A stretch of DNA of 63,328 bases, filler included, from Octopus bimaculoides (taxonomy: Eukaryota): assembly GCF_001194135.2 (NCBI RefSeq). It is 7 parts of 6 records of this genome, joined end to end, with 100 filler letters (N's around TTAATTAATTAA, not from the genome) between each part and the next. Parts side by side here need not be neighbours in the genome. Positions count along the whole stretch, not along the records: positions 1 to 20,944 come from NC_068984.1; 6 more parts are not named here. The stretch is one strand, 5' to 3'. Of the stretch, positions 1-14,240 are shown one piece after another. Numbering within the stretch: position 1 is the first letter of the stretch; each line of letters starts with the position of its first letter. Below the pieces are notes generated by a model. The model saw only the letters and a program-made list of their open reading frames with translations. It was not told the DNA's origin and did no database searches. The translations under genes were made by a program, and so were the position numbers.

Positions 1-215
1 AAAAATCCTAGCAGATATCAAGTAAGCACTCAGAATAAAAGAAAAAAATTCTAACAATTAGATACTTGTAAATGTAAGTGGAATACAAATCCCAGGCAAA
101 TCCTCGTGCACTTTTAGAAATTCAGAGTATTTAACAACCAATAATATGAACGAAGAAAATCATATCTTTATTTTAGATAACACCTTAAAAATCTAACAAT
201 TGCTTCAGTTGTATT

Positions 216-266
<51 letters not shown>

Positions 267-2117
267 ACGTTTATATATATACACACAGTATTACAATTAA
301 TAATAATACTATGAAATTTTGTGTCAACACATTATCAAGGTAATTCAAATATATATACGTACGCGCACACACAATAAGATCTTAGACGATTACTATTCAA
401 TGAAGTACTCAATGCAATTGATAGCGATTAAGTGACTTGATTATGATCAAACAATTGAATCAGTATTTTCAGGGGCATGTACTCCTGAGAAACGTTCCAT
501 AGTTACTTGAATCAATTGTAGGACCGACGGTCAAATAAAATATTATTTAAAAATGTAGTTGACTAACCACCTTCTTCAAAATTGATGGCCTTGTGTCAAC
601 ATTTGAAAAAGGCAGTGGGCTGGCAGTATCGTTAACATGCCTTGCAAAATGCTTAGCAGCATTTCGTCCGTCTTAAAGTTCTGAGTTCAAATTCCGCCGA
701 GGTCGACTTTGCCTTTCATCCTTTCGGAATCAATAAAATAAGTACCACTTGAACACTGGTGTCTATGTAATCAATCCCCTCCCCCGAAATTGCTAGTCTT
801 GGGCTAAAATTTGTAACTAATATTTAATTTGAAGAGGAAACGTAGGTGAGGTGGGTATTCTGGAGGGATGCAATTGAAGAATATTTTAGTCGAATGAATC
901 GACCCCAGTACTTAATTTTTGTTAAATCTGGGACATGTTTTATCGGTCTCTTTTGTCGAACCGCTAGTGGTGGGTAACAAACATAGACACACACACACAC
1001 ATACATACGACTGACTTCTTTCAGTTTCCGTCTATTAAATTCACTCACAAGACTGCGATCGGCCGGAGGCTATTGTAGCAGACATAGCCCAAGGCGCCAT
1101 GTGGTGGGACTGAATCCGGAACCATGTGGTTTGGAAGCAAGCTCCTTATCACTCAGCCACGCCTGCATCTATACTATACGTGTAAATTTACTTTTAATTG
1201 GTTTAAATCGCCTCAAGTCGAATTAAATCAAATATCAGCGACTTACTTCGTCTTATTAAACACTAAAACGTTGATATGGACTACTGGAGGTCCTCTTGGG
1301 CCACGTTGTGCATCATTGGTCTGAGGGTTGAAACACGATACTAGTAATCACAGTCTTTGATTTAGACACAAGACAAGCAGTTTTGAGAAGTGGGGTCAGT
1401 CGATTAAATCAACCACAGTTCTTGAATGGTGCTTTATTTAAGCGGCTCTGAAAAGATGTAAGGCAAAGTTGACCTCAGTAGGATTTGAACTCAGAATGTA
1501 AAGAATCATGTATTATTCATTTTAGGATGTCGTAAAAAATGGGCAAATATAAGGTTGATTTAATGCCCCAGATGAACACATTTATGACTCTTAAACCTTA
1601 TTGTTCTTAAAAGGAAACTGAAAATATATCATGTCGTGGTTGCTGTTTATCCACATCACAATCCTTTTTTTGAGCAGACCTATGATCAAAAGCACTCCAA
1701 CTATGAAAACCTTTTTAGTGAATATCTAGGACTATAGCTTCCCTTTTTAATGATGTTTGGTTGCAACTTCAAAAGGGATTTGGCTACTCCATTCTATTAG
1801 GTGGAGAGAGACTACATGGAAGCTATATCGTTGGTTGAATATTTGGAATGTATTTAACGTTGTTGTGTGTAGCCGTCAGAAGAAATCATTGGAGTTAACG
1901 AAGACGTTTGTAAGAAAATGCTAATTATTGTCCTGGGTTGTTTTTGAATTGCTTGGATGTGTATTTTGAGGACGTCTTTTGGTGCTGCTCATTAAGAGTA
2001 TGTAGACATATCCTGTTGAAGGATGTTTTCATGTTGTCATTGATGGAGGAAGTGGACATCTAGCCAGAATATAGAGGCTGAGAGGAAATAAAGTTCTGAT
2101 GTAGAAAAAAATGCTGG

Positions 2118-2149
<32 letters not shown>

Positions 2150-4080
2150 CATGAGAGATGTCATTTTACGTTGTCTACAGGTGAAGTGAAGTGTTATTTA
2201 CATAAGAGACGTAATGTTGAATTATCTACATGTGTAGTGAGGTGTTATACCAAGGTTTCATTGACAACATCCAATGCCAGTGCAACAACTGCCCTTTCCC
2301 CATCTCACGACTCTTCCGTTGTCTGACATTAGAACATAATAAATGCTGAATGCAAAATAAATTAAAATTTCAGTTTTCTTCCAGGCCCTAAGACCACAAC
2401 TATACCGATTGTTCTTATTTTCGTTTTTGGGATAGTGGATCTCTAAGCACATTAAGCTATAAATAATAGCATATAAATATTGGATCGAAAACCCCTTTAA
2501 AAGAGAAGTCGAAAGCTGCTCGTGAGACTCGAACTCACATCTCTTGTAGATATGACAAGCGTTCTATCAGTGGATAAAAGTAATCCTTCGAATTTCTTTA
2601 TCTATTTTAGAAACTTCAATCTTACCAGTGTTACCACTCTTTAGAGAGTATGTGAAATAATCATTTTCTGAAAGAGTGAATCTCGAAGCACGTAAAGCTA
2701 TAAATAATCTTTTTGTTTTTTACTTTAGTACAACGCCAGCAATTTTGAGTGGGTAGGGAAATCGATTACCTTTGGCCTTACACTGAAATAAAAAATACAT
2801 GCTTTATAGCTTTATACTTTAAAATTTTTTCTCCCACTTATTTTAATGGCCCAAATCTTTCAATTCCTGAAAAACTAAGCTGGCGTAACAAATCCCCTTT
2901 TATAGTTAGCAGAGACAGGACAACCAGCTTGTTTTAGTGTATGAGATTTTTCCTCTGGGATTTTCCATATGCTTCAACTCTTGAGACTTAAGGCTAACTT
3001 TTTGTACCATATTCTATTTAATTTCCGCAGTCTTTTCGTTTAGTAGTGTTTATTTAGTTAAATGACCTACCCCTTGGTTTTGTTATTATAAAGTAATTTA
3101 TTCAACGAGTAATTTAGAATTTACTTGTTACTTCAAGCCACTCAACATAATAAAATAGACTAATTTCTTGGTTCAAAATGTTAGCCCAAAACAGTAAAGT
3201 AACATGACATACATCAACGTGGATACAATAACATAAAGCACTGCCTATTAGAAGCAGTGTCAACCGTGGTATTTACCATCGCTATTTTATAAAATACCAA
3301 ATTACAGAAAACACAATTCTACATCAGAAGTTGTAGGTGCAGAAGTAGTAGTAGTTGTGTGAAAGAGAAAAAGAGAGTGAGAGAAAGAGAGAGAGATGGC
3401 TAATATACATATCAATTGAATGATACTTGTTATTGTAATATTTTTTTACGTATATTAACAGATGGCCCCGTATATATATATATATATATATATATNNNNN
3501 NNNNNNNNNNNNNNNNNNNNNNNNNNNNNNNNNNNNNNNNNNNNNNNNNNNNNNNNNNNNNNNNNNNNNNNNNNNNNNNNNNNNNNNNNNNNNNNNNNNN
3601 NNNNNNNNNNNNNNNNNNNNNNNNNNNNNNNNNNNNNNNNNNNNNNNNNNNNNNNNNNNNNNNNNNNNNNNNNNNNNNNNNNNNNNNNNNNNNNNNNNNN
3701 NNNNNNNNNNNNNNNNNNNNNNNNNNNNNNNNNNNNNNNNNNNNNNNNNNNNNNNNNNNNNNNNNNNNNNNNNNNNNNNNNNNNNNNNNNNNNNNNNNNN
3801 NNNNNNNNNNNNNNNNNNNNNNNNNNNNNNNNNNNNNNNNNNNNNNNNNNNNNNNNNNNNNNNNNNNNNNNNNNNNNNNNNNNNNNNNNNNNNNNNNNNN
3901 NNNNNNNNNNNNNNNNNNNNNNNNNNNNNNNNNNNNNNNNNNNNNNNNNNNNNNNNNNNNNNNNNNNNNNNNNNNNNNNNNNNNNNNNNNNNNNNNNNNN
4001 NNNNNNNNNNNNNNNNNNNNNNNNNNNNNNNNNNNNNNNNNNNNNNNNNNNNNNNNNNNNNNNNNNNNNNNNNNNNNNNN

Positions 4081-6215
4081 ATTTGTACCAAAGTTGATCT
4101 GGATTTGACAATCCACAGTTCACCAGCATGATGGAGAAGAGGTTTCTCAGCTGCATAGGAGACTTGCACATTTGTGCCTCTGTCAGAGTGGCATCCCAGT
4201 GTGCATCATCTTCCAGAAGACCTCTGAGATGGCATGCCAGATGATATGTTTGACATACTGTGTTATCAACCGTACGTAAGGCTGTAAATGATGTGGGTCC
4301 CTTGATATAGTGTAATAGAAACCTTAGATAGTAGAACTCTGAGTAGTTGGGATGAACAACATAGACTCTGCCAAGTGTGTCTGATTTCTTGATTCCTGGA
4401 TGAAGTGTGGGTGCTCCAAGTGCACGTTTTTTCCATTTGTTTTGGCACCAGGTATGGAATTGTGGAACTTCATTGTATAGTAGTGTTGTAGCAAATTCAT
4501 CATCTTGACAGGGCTTGAAGAATACTGAGAGCGTGGCATTTTTGTGAGCTTCCATTTGTAGTTGGATTGTGTCTGGGATGAAGTAAACCCTTTCGCCATT
4601 CTCCAAATGAACTGCAAGATGTTGCACGTGGGGTTATCTCTCATGAATGGGGAACCTGAGGATTCACCAACATGCTTCACCACTGCTGATATACCTTCAC
4701 ATTTGGAAGGTCTTGATTTTAGCATTGTTCTCTGAATCCTGGACTGCAAAGACTGCCATATCAGATCTCGTGTTGACATATTTGTATACATACTTAATGG
4801 GTTTCACTGAGTTACAGAACTCAACATTGATGTGTGCGTTGAATATCTTGGAGAGGAGGGGACAGTATGGTTCTCTCCACCTGTTGGCAACTGGAATTTC
4901 AGTTTAACATAACTTCTTGATGGTGGTTCCAAACCCATCATCATTTGGCCTTCTTCTTCTGTAGAGTGGATAACCATCATGTCCAGTCTGTGTCTCTTGA
5001 AGAAATTTCTTTGGAAAGCCTTTTGTACACTTTCTATCTTGCATGCATGGAGCATGTAAGTTGATATTCCAACATGGACCATGAAGAGTTCTGGATCTTC
5101 TGAGGATCTGGAATCTCTGCACTGATGAATTTATCTATTATCCTGGCATGGATTTAGTCTATAAGCCAGAGCAGGGTGTGTACATGAGGAAGTCCACGTT
5201 TCTGCTACTCTATTGTATACATGTGACATCTAGTGGCACCAAACGCTTTATCTTTGGTCAGTAACTGCATGAGCTTGATAACCTTCTGCCTGAAGACCCT
5301 TGCAATTATGTCATGTCTATCTTTAGGCTGTTGGTTTGAGAAGAGTTCATTTTGAATCTCTTTCCATTTAGGAAAGAGATTCAAAATGTGAAGGTTATGA
5401 AGAGGTCTGGTCTGAAGTAGTGTCTAACATATGCCGTGACATCTTGTGTGTGCTCATGCATGTATTTTGGGCTTCCTGTGAATGATGATAGAAGGATGAT
5501 CAGCTGACCCATGTTGTTGACATCATGATCATACAACATTGCATCTTGCAGGTGTGCATATGATTCCACACTCAGTTTCTTCTGGTTCAGTCTCAAGTAG
5601 AGTAATCGTTCACTTTCAATTTATGCATACATGTCAACAATGAACTGACTGAACAGATCTCTACAATGTAGGATGTGGTTTGAATCTTAACCCTTGATGT
5701 GGAATGCATAGAAGTCATTGGATGAAACTCGCTTTGAGGAGATTGTCTGTCTAATGTCAATGTGGTAAGTATCATGTCCATAACAGAACAGCAATGGATA
5801 TTGTAGTGCATCATAGGATCTGTGTGTTTATGAAATCCCCATCAGTGTGCTGCCTCTGAGATGGAGGACAATATCACATTTGTCATGTTCTTGCCCAACC
5901 AGAAGCACAGCTATTTCAGATGCCGTTGGCGCATTAACCTTCCCTCCACGTTGACCAGATTGTTTCTTGTCTGATCTGATAACTACCTTGTAATCCATGG
6001 AGTCGGGTGGAATTGCCTCAAGCGCTGTCTTGAAGCTTCTGATCAGGTTGTTGTTGTAATGCAGCATCTTTTGCAGAGATACTACAATGTTCATCCTGAT
6101 GCCGGACATGTTCTTGCATTTCTCTTGCCCTTCTTGTTGAGAATCATCCATAAAATATATTTGAAGGAATTTTGGTGATTCATTAGACAGCTGTCTCTCT
6201 TTCCCTGGCTAGAGA
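4081..6215 (-). mobile_element. Helitron Rep/helicase pseudogene fragment (Rep domain region, many stops and frameshifts; runs into N-gap)
   Basis: Minus-strand translations give Helitron RepHel motifs in the expected order: PKFLQIYF (~6170), NAPTASEIAVLL..DIVL, RPDLFITFT (~5390), HUH motif IE*QKRGLPHVH (~5165-5215), HGPC..APCMQDRKCTKGFPK, GYPLYRRR, LAVHLENGERVYF, GRVYVVHP..EFYYLRFLLHYIKGPTSFTALRTV. Confidence 0.93.
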
Positions 6216-7033
6216 CATACTTTTGGCTTACCTTGATACTGTAGACAAATCTGACACTTGCCTTCTAGGCATGGTTATATACGTATACAGAAATACACGA
6301 GTGCAGAAGATAGTAAACAATGAAAATAACTTGGTAACGGAAATTATGTTTCGACGGGCAGAAAGTAAATAAAAAAAATTAACGGAAAATAAAGTATTGT
6401 ATGGGTTGAAGCGAAATTTGTCTCTCAGTGAACCAAAGAGCCAGTACCGAAGGAACCAGAAAGAAACCGTCAACAACAGAAAAACACAAAACCGTACGGA
6501 TTGAAGTGAAATTAATGAAGATACTTCTGTCAGTAAATTATGAAATTACTAACATCAGTAATTGTGAACTTCTTTCTGTCAGTAATTTGTCGTTGTTTGT
6601 TTGTAAATAGCGATTCAAAACTTAGACTTACAGTGAAATCAGTAACATGGAAGTTAAATAATGACATATGAAAGTTGAAAGTGAAAAGAATAGCGTCTGA
6701 AAAATGAAAGTGAAAACAAGAGATATAGATAGAGAGATATGTTACAGAGAGATAGAGATAGATAGAGAGAGATGGATAGAGAGATATACATAAAGAGATA
6801 TGTTACGTCACTGACGCTGGAAAACCGGAAGTAAATATTTTCAAATCTTTCAAAGTCGTGAATGTAATATAAAAAAGCAATATCTTTTTATTCTTAATAA
6901 TTTTTAATCAAAAAATCAAATGAACAGCCTATAATTTGTCCGAGTGCACATTATTCATGCATCACAAGTATGAAAGCAATTGGTGAAGCCGTTTTCGCAT
7001 GAAAAGTGACTACACACGCGTCTCTATTATATA

Positions 7034-7112
7034 TATAGGGAGAATTCACAAAAAAACAACAAAAGACGAAGACAGGTGGTGTAGACAACAAACAGATGTA
7101 TTAGTTTAACGC

Positions 7113-7113
<1 letters not shown>
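7034..7113 (-). repeat. Truncated copy of the (TA)n-associated short repeat also at 53.6 and 59.9 kb
   Basis: gggagaattcacaaaaaaaacaacaaaagacgaagacaggtggtgtagacaacaaacagatgtattagt aligns by eye with 53582-53650 and 59948-60015. Confidence 0.75.
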
Positions 7114-7143
<30 letters not shown>

Positions 7144-7289
7144 GTGTATTTCTTCTATCTTAATGAATAAAAATTCTTCTGATAGAATAAATGGGTTAAT
7201 ATTTTTAAAATGAATCAAGTCATAACCTTATCCATCTATTGTTTTCATAATCGGTCATAATGTCTTACGTTTAAGATGATTCCCATGCT

Positions 7290-7373
7290 TTCCCTGATGA
7301 GAAGGTTACAATTTTAATATCAAAGATCCCTATGGATCACACAGGTTGTAATCCTTTGAAACATATGTAGGAA
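7290..7373 (+). ncRNA. Type I hammerhead ribozyme, complete core, palindromic stem III (Penelope/retrozyme type)
   Basis: TTCC-CTGATGA-GAAGGTTACAA...TTGTAATCCTTT-GAAAC-ATAT-GTA-GGAA. Stem I TTCC/GGAA, core CUGAUGA (7294-7300) and GAAA (7358-7361), 11-bp bulged stem II, stem III ACATATGT palindrome, GUA cleavage triplet. Confidence 0.8.
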
Positions 7374-7422
7374 TAAAGTATGCAATTATAACATGCGTTT
7401 TNNNNNNNNNNNNNNNNNNNNN

Positions 7423-7463
<41 letters not shown>

Positions 7464-8564
7464 CACATATACATACATATATATTCTTGATGTCAATTCG
7501 TGTGTCGAAAGAAATACTATTGATCCTTTGGAGGGGCATTATGCCGGTAATAATAAACACACGCACTGGTTCGGTCCTTTATTGTTATTGTTAGCTAATG
7601 GGTTAGTTACTCCGTTAACCAATTTATCGATCAGCCGTTTGTTACTAGTTTTTCAAACTCATATGTTAAACACTTTGGTCAAACAGTTAATTGTTCAAAT
7701 GTTCAGTATTGTTAGTGTTGTAATTTCTTCTTTTGTCAAATAATTATTTCATCACATTGTTGCAATCTCTTCAGTGACACGTCTCTCTACTTCCATTTCT
7801 TTTGAACTTATGCTCCAGCGTTGGGATTCGTCCGTGATCTGTCTAAAATGAGTATGTAAGTGTGTGTATGTCTGCATGTGTGTGTGTTTCTACATAAGAG
7901 TGTGCATACGTATGTGTGTGCGTTTTTTAAATACTATGTCATTTTTCATATACATAAAATAGCGGTTTTGGTTTTCCCTTTGTTTTCTTCGCAAACACAC
8001 ACGTTCATCCATATAACGTTCTTCTCAAAGACAGTTAAACCGTCTTCCTTGTTTGATAAATGTTGAATAGACTGATACCTATCTGTGCGTGAGCATGAGC
8101 ATGCGTATGCGTGCTCGTGTCCATGTGTATATGGAAGGGCATGTATGCACGAGCGTGTGTGTCTGTGTTTGCGTGTACGTGTGTGTGCGTATGTGTCTCA
8201 GTTTGTCTTTATGTGTGTATGTGTTTGCATTCATATGTGTATTAGTTCCTCTGTGTTTGTGTGTGCGTGTGTACTCCTGTATGCATTTTTCTGTGTGTGC
8301 GCGTATGTGTCCGTGTGGGTGTGAGGGCATGTATGTGTCCGTGTGGGTGTGAGGGCATGTATGTGTCCTTGTTTGTCTTTGCATATGTGTGTATGTATTT
8401 GTGTGTAATGCATTTTGAGAACCGGATCTCGAACTACACATACTTGTAAAGCTATAAATAGCCGCATATAAATGTTGTGTTGAAAAACTCCTATAGATAG
8501 AAAAAGCTGACATTTTCTATTATTTATTGCTTTATGTGTGCTTCGAGATCTAATTAAAAAAAAA

Positions 8565-8618
8565 AGAATTATTCCACGTTCTCTCAAAAGTTTATAAAAT
8601 CTTATGGCGTCAACTATA
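8565..8618 (-). mobile_element. Terminal segment of an unclassified DNA-transposon/MITE family
   Basis: Reverse complement is nearly identical to 16383-16436 (tgtatagttgacgccataagattttata(c/a)acttttgagagaacgtggaataattc); both abut TA-containing microsatellite. Confidence 0.55.
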
Positions 8619-8888
8619 CATCATGCATGCCTACATACATACATACATACACGTACATGCATACAAACGTACATACATACATGCATGCGTGCACACATAC
8701 AAACGTACATAATACACTCACATGTGTGTGTGTGCGTATTTATTCGCAAGGATGACACGCAAATTTGTGAAGCGTTCCATACTTTTTTCACTACGTGGCA
8801 CCTTGGGCAAGTGTCTTTTACAATAGCCTCGGGCCGATTAAAGCCTTGTGAGTGGATTTTGTTGACAGAAATTGATAGAAGCCCGTCG

Positions 8889-8946
<58 letters not shown>

Positions 8947-8963
8947 CCTACCTACCTACCTAC

Positions 8964-9025
<62 letters not shown>

Positions 9026-12000
9026 GTTCATAATCAAGGGACTTAGTTGAAGTACTTTTTTTAGCAATGGGCCAAAATATGTGACTGTATTTGGAGAAGA
9101 CCAATAGCCAACTATTAACTTCTTTTTAAAGTATCATTTGCTCTTTTTTCGAAGTTAACCAGAAGGTAACGTCAGTAACCATGAACTTTAAAGTGGTTTC
9201 TACACTGGTGAGATCGATGTGGTTGATGTTCAGCGCGCATGTCTGTAGCTCCAATGTTCGTTGGGTAAAAATCTCAAAGGTTGGTTCGGGAAGATAGACT
9301 AGGTGAAATCGTTAATGTTTGGTCTAGATACGGCACAATAAAAATGACAGAAGGAAATATGGGTAGGTTTAGTGGGTTTTGGACAAGAGATTATACAAGT
9401 AAATTTAGAAGCCATTGTTGTAGCAATAAATGGGACAGAAAGAGTATTTTGTGTGAATATTCGGTAGTTTTTAGAATGCGGATGTTTTTGTATATGTTCG
9501 CATATATAGCAGCAGCAGCATCTTGTGAGCAATTTTACTTGAACTTTGCTGAGGGTTAGTAACCGACCAGGGTTGAAGATCTTTATGACCTAAAAGAGAA
9601 GCGTTTGTTATTGTGATGCAGTTTTTGAAATGTTAAATATGTTAGGTTGCCTTGGCATATTTTTTAGCTTTGAAGAAGAAGGCTGGTCTTTCGGACACCG
9701 TTTTGACTATAAGATCAGCAGAGAGTGTGAGAGCAAGCTTTTTCAGTGATTTTGAGATTTTAACTGTGTATTGTTTTTAACTAAAGAGAGTAAAGTACAA
9801 GATTATTTCTTGAATGAGATTATCACCGTTGATGTTTAATTTGAATTCCTAAGTTAGCAGTTGAAGGGAAATACTGGCAGTTCTTGACTATAGTTCAAGA
9901 TTTTCTTTGCATAAAAACATGATGGATGGTTTTCTCCTAGTCGTTTAAGCCAAATTCTTCAGCTGGAACAGCTTCAGCATAGTTGTTGTTAAATCATTTG
10001 CGGTTTGGACTGGAAAGAGTCACGCCTGGAGGGCATGGCATACACATATACACTTGACTGTTTAACACAATATCTGAAGTTGTTACTGAGAAACAGCTGT
10101 ACCTTACTCACCTGCTCGTTAAGATTCAGCTTGGTTATGTTATAAATGACTAAACTTCTAAAAACGAACGGTTGTGTGACATGAAAGTATGACTCAGGAT
10201 AAATTAAAGTGCAACGATGTACTTACGAGTTCTTTCTTGATTTCACATGTAGGACACATGTTGTTGAACAAACCATTGCACTGTGTCTCACAATCTTATA
10301 TTGATATAATCACAATGAATGCAGTGAGGTGGTTGATTAAGTTAATTCAAATCCCGTTGAAGCAGACATCTTTCAACTTTTCGGTTTCTGTAAAATAAAT
10401 ATCGTATACTAATGCTAATCATGTACGAGTCAATGAAAGCCTGTACAAGGTCGTTCTATTTTCTAGAGATAACAGTTAAATCTTCTTCAAACTACACCCC
10501 ACCGTCTTAAGAATGTTGCCCAATATCTTTTTAGATATACGCAGTAACAGGTTGATCATCGCTGGAATAATATTGATCATAGTCAGAGCTAAACAACAAC
10601 AGCCACAACCAATTATATATGCTGATGAGATCAATAAAACAGAAATATGTGTGGAATTATCACCATACTGCTAAAGATCAGACTTACTGTCCACACTATT
10701 CTGTATCTTATTAACTTTAATTCCAGGGTAGTCACTCGTGTCCGAATTATGATTTTTTTTCCTCATTTCTGTGGGTATAATTCTAATTAAGACAAAATTA
10801 AATATTCCACGTTTGACTGTAGGCCCTTGAATAGTGGTTTTCTGTGTGGTTGTTAAAAAAGTTACATGTGGTGTAGCATAGTTAGAATTCTTGGTATTGT
10901 GGACAATTAGTCAATGACACCAAGCACATAGTAGAATTATTATTTTTTAGTCTCCACAAGTGTATCCTTATCGATGTCACAGATTTGACCCGATTTTAGC
11001 TTTTTAGAATTTGTTTTGTTTCCTTTGTCTCTTGTAAACCTTCTAATAAAACAAAGAAAACGAAATTTTTATATATTGAGTGTAAATATGCTTAAACACA
11101 ACAAACATAAACACTAAAATCACAAACCCCAAAGAAAAAAGAAAAAGCAATAATAAATATCAGATGAGGGCTTCAACCTACATTCCCTGGCTGCCCCTGA
11201 AGTTGTGAATTTAATCTTTTACATTCTCTGTTTCCACTGGTTGTGTTTAATCTGAGATTGTAACTATAAGCAAAAATAGAAAAAAGAAAGAAAAGAAAAA
11301 TGGTGGGCCAATAGACCAGGGGCCCCCAACCATCAAACTGTGGCCCAGTACCGGGCCGCAATGGAAAGAATAAATTTTAAAGTTCTAATCTTTCTGTTTG
11401 ATTGACTATTACAATCTGCAGGGTGTTTTTGCATCATATATATGTTATATGCGTTTTATATACCCATTATATATATGTAATAATTAAATTATATATTATT
11501 CACTTTACTGTGCTTTGCTATGCATGTGATCTCTCGGTCTGTGAGAAAATTGCCTTGCTTGAAAGCGGTTCGCGGTGCAGCAAAAGTTGGGTAGCGCTGC
11601 ATTTGACCATAAATGCATATTCTTTGGTGGATAAACTTAATCAGTCACATGGTTTAACAGCACAATCTATTCCTTGGAAACTCTCAGCAAAGTTTAAATT
11701 GTTGCAGTTATTTAGGTCAGGTTTCCGGGACTTTCATTGTTTCTCCACCAATCTTGAAGGGCTGACAAAAATACCATGGTGTTGCACTTTCACTTCTGGT
11801 AAAATTACAAAAAATATAGCAAAAATATTCTAAAATCAAGACCTCTCCGACAAAGAATTAATCAAGTTCATTATAAATGCGCTAAAATCAACTCATGAGT
11901 ACCTAAAATGCAATAGGCTACGCATGTTCTTTGAATAATTTAGCATTTTGGAATAAGAAAGATTGATTTAAAGTGTAGTTTTTAGAAATGAAATCCGGAT

Positions 12001-12334
12001 GCGAATTTTTTAATGTATTAATTTTACAACATATTATACGTATTTTGAGAGTGAGGTGCGGGGTATTAGGGCGGAGGACCGAGAGGGATGGTTGACGCAA
12101 TGGATATGTATGATTTCTTGCGCACCAAGCGATCGCATAGGGAATTTCTTGTAGGCAAATGATATTAGCAACCTAGGTGAAGTGAGAACGGCTGAAAGAT
12201 GTAAAAGCATGGGAAAATTCAGTGTAATTTTTTTTGAGAGCAATAAGATTTACTGTAAAATATACAGCGAGTCATTCTAATGCTGGAAGACAAAATTTAA
12301 AATAAGTTTATGTCCATCCATCGGAGCGATGAGG

Positions 12335-12515
<181 letters not shown>

Positions 12516-12582
12516 ATGTCTGTCTGGCTGTCTGTCCGTCCGTCCGTCCGTCCGCCCGTCCGTCCGTCCGCCCGTCCGTCTG

Positions 12583-12642
<60 letters not shown>

Positions 12643-12704
12643 ACTACTTCTCTCTCTCTCTCTNNNNNNNNNNNNNNNNNNNNNNNNNNNNNNNNNNNNN
12701 NNNN

Positions 12705-13944
12705 GACAGAAGTAAATACACCCTTATAATCATAGAAATTTATTTAAATCTGAAATTATACATTCAAAGTATTTATTAATTGTTATATTGTGAATATTTG
12801 ATATTTAGTAGACGGGCCCTTTGTATTTTTCAATGCAAGGACCCTATTAGGTATGTTACTGATTAGATGACGAATATTCTCTTGCGGGATTTCTTGCCAA
12901 GTTTCATGCAGTAATCTCAAAAGATCTGGCTTTGAAGATACTTTCTTGTTCTTTTCATGAAGTGACCTGTCCATTATGTCCCAGAGGTGTTCAATAGGGT
13001 TCATATCTAGTGACTGGCTCGACCATGGAAGCTTTTTAATGCCATTCTCATCCAACAAATCTTGGGTCATTTTAGCCGTTTGAGATGAAGCCTCATTTTC
13101 CATAAATAAAGACACTACTTTAATCTCCACTGGAGAAGACTGAAAGGAGTCCTTTTTGCAATATGGACACGTATTTATCTGACTTTATGTTTTCCTCACA
13201 CTCCACCAGCTCTGATCAACCATTTCTCCAGCTCCAAATTTCTCCCCAGACCATCACAGAATAGCTGCCGTGTTTCATTGTTGGCTGGAATCTTTTCACA
13301 TCAAATTCTTGATCACAGTCTCCAGACCCACACTCAACCACTGTCAAGAAATACAGCAAATCTGGATTCATCAGAGAATATGACAGTGTCCCAAAATGCT
13401 AGTGGCCTCTCTACCATCTCACTGGCCCAATCTTTTCTCCGCTTAATGTTGGCTGGTCGAGAAACTGGCTTCCTTCTTGCTTGCTCTGCCAGGGTAACAA
13501 AGTTTGTGCCGAAACTAGACAGCTGTTCTGAGACTGACATCAACTTGTTCTGCTATGTCGGAGGCTTTGCAACGAGGATTGTCCTCCACATTTCTCTTAA
13601 CAAAAAGAAGGGTCCTGTCAGAGGGCCCTGGTTGATCTGGGCGAGGTGATGTGGACTCTTTCTCTTTTCTGGTGAATTGCACAATCGCTTTATTAACTGT
13701 AGAAAGCGGGATCTTAAGGTTTTCTGCAATTTTACGCTAACTATGTCCACCTTCAGAACGATTCACAATACGGCCTCTTTGAAATTCAGATAGTTTCAAG
13801 GCTTCTTTTGTACATGGCATGATTAAACAGTCACATATACAACCTGAAACATAAAAATGTCAATTAATGAAAAAAACACACAAACCTTTACAAGTTAGAA
13901 TAAGCATAAAACGATGTTTTATGGGGTGTCTATTTACTTCTGTC
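12705..13944 (-). mobile_element. Tc1-family DNA transposon with terminal inverted repeats, pseudogenised transposase
   Basis: [20 protein letters not shown] (first D), FMENEASSQTA, and PWSSQSLDMNPIEHLW (Tc1 WPxQSPDLNPIEHLW). A 14-nt inverted repeat GACAGAAGTAAATA at 12705-12718 and 13931-13944 bounds the coding region. Confidence 0.9.
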
Positions 13945-13997
13945 GTGCGCGTGAATGCGCGCGCGCGCGCGTATGTGTGTGTGTGTGTATGTATACA

Positions 13998-14240
13998 CAC
14001 TCCTTATTTAAGAGGGGTGGGCGTAATCTCAATGAAATTTGGCTGCTATTTCTTGCAGGTCGAGCGGTCATGTAGAGAGACTCCCTCGCCGACTCGAGAA
14101 ATAGTACACGCAACAGACGAGGCAGTAAGTACAGAGTGCTAAGAAACAGTCGATGCAGGTCGATGATGGGCAGAGGATTGTAGGGTATTAGTGGATGAGG
14201 CTTTGTTAGGTGGGAAAGTTTTTTTTTTATACATACATAC
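13998..14240 (+). repeat. ~240-bp direct repeat, copy 1 (unclassified, ends in (TACA)n)
   Basis: Aligns by eye with 15064-15305, including an identical stretch gcagtaagtacagagtgctaagaaacagtcgatgcaggtcgatgatgggcagaggattgtagggtattagtggatga. Confidence 0.9.

Noticed and set aside
3324-4169. Long ORFs of 140-400 aa spanning 3.3-4.1, 18.0-18.4, 34.4-34.8, 36.1-37.0 and 49.1-49.6 kb
   Set aside because: They are translated N-gaps and microsatellites, not coding sequence.
7020-7045. TCCCTATATATAT on the minus strand as the Helitron 5' TC end
   Set aside because: The sequence is explained by the terminus of the (TA)n-associated repeat family, and I found no matching CTRR/hairpin 3' end.
8079-8587. 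His/Thr- and Cys/Val-rich ORFs, also at 30.5-31.8, 35.5-35.9, 46.2-46.9 and 62.7-63.2 kb
   Set aside because: They are translations of degenerate (CA/GT)n, (TACG)n, (CT)n and (GAA)n repeats.
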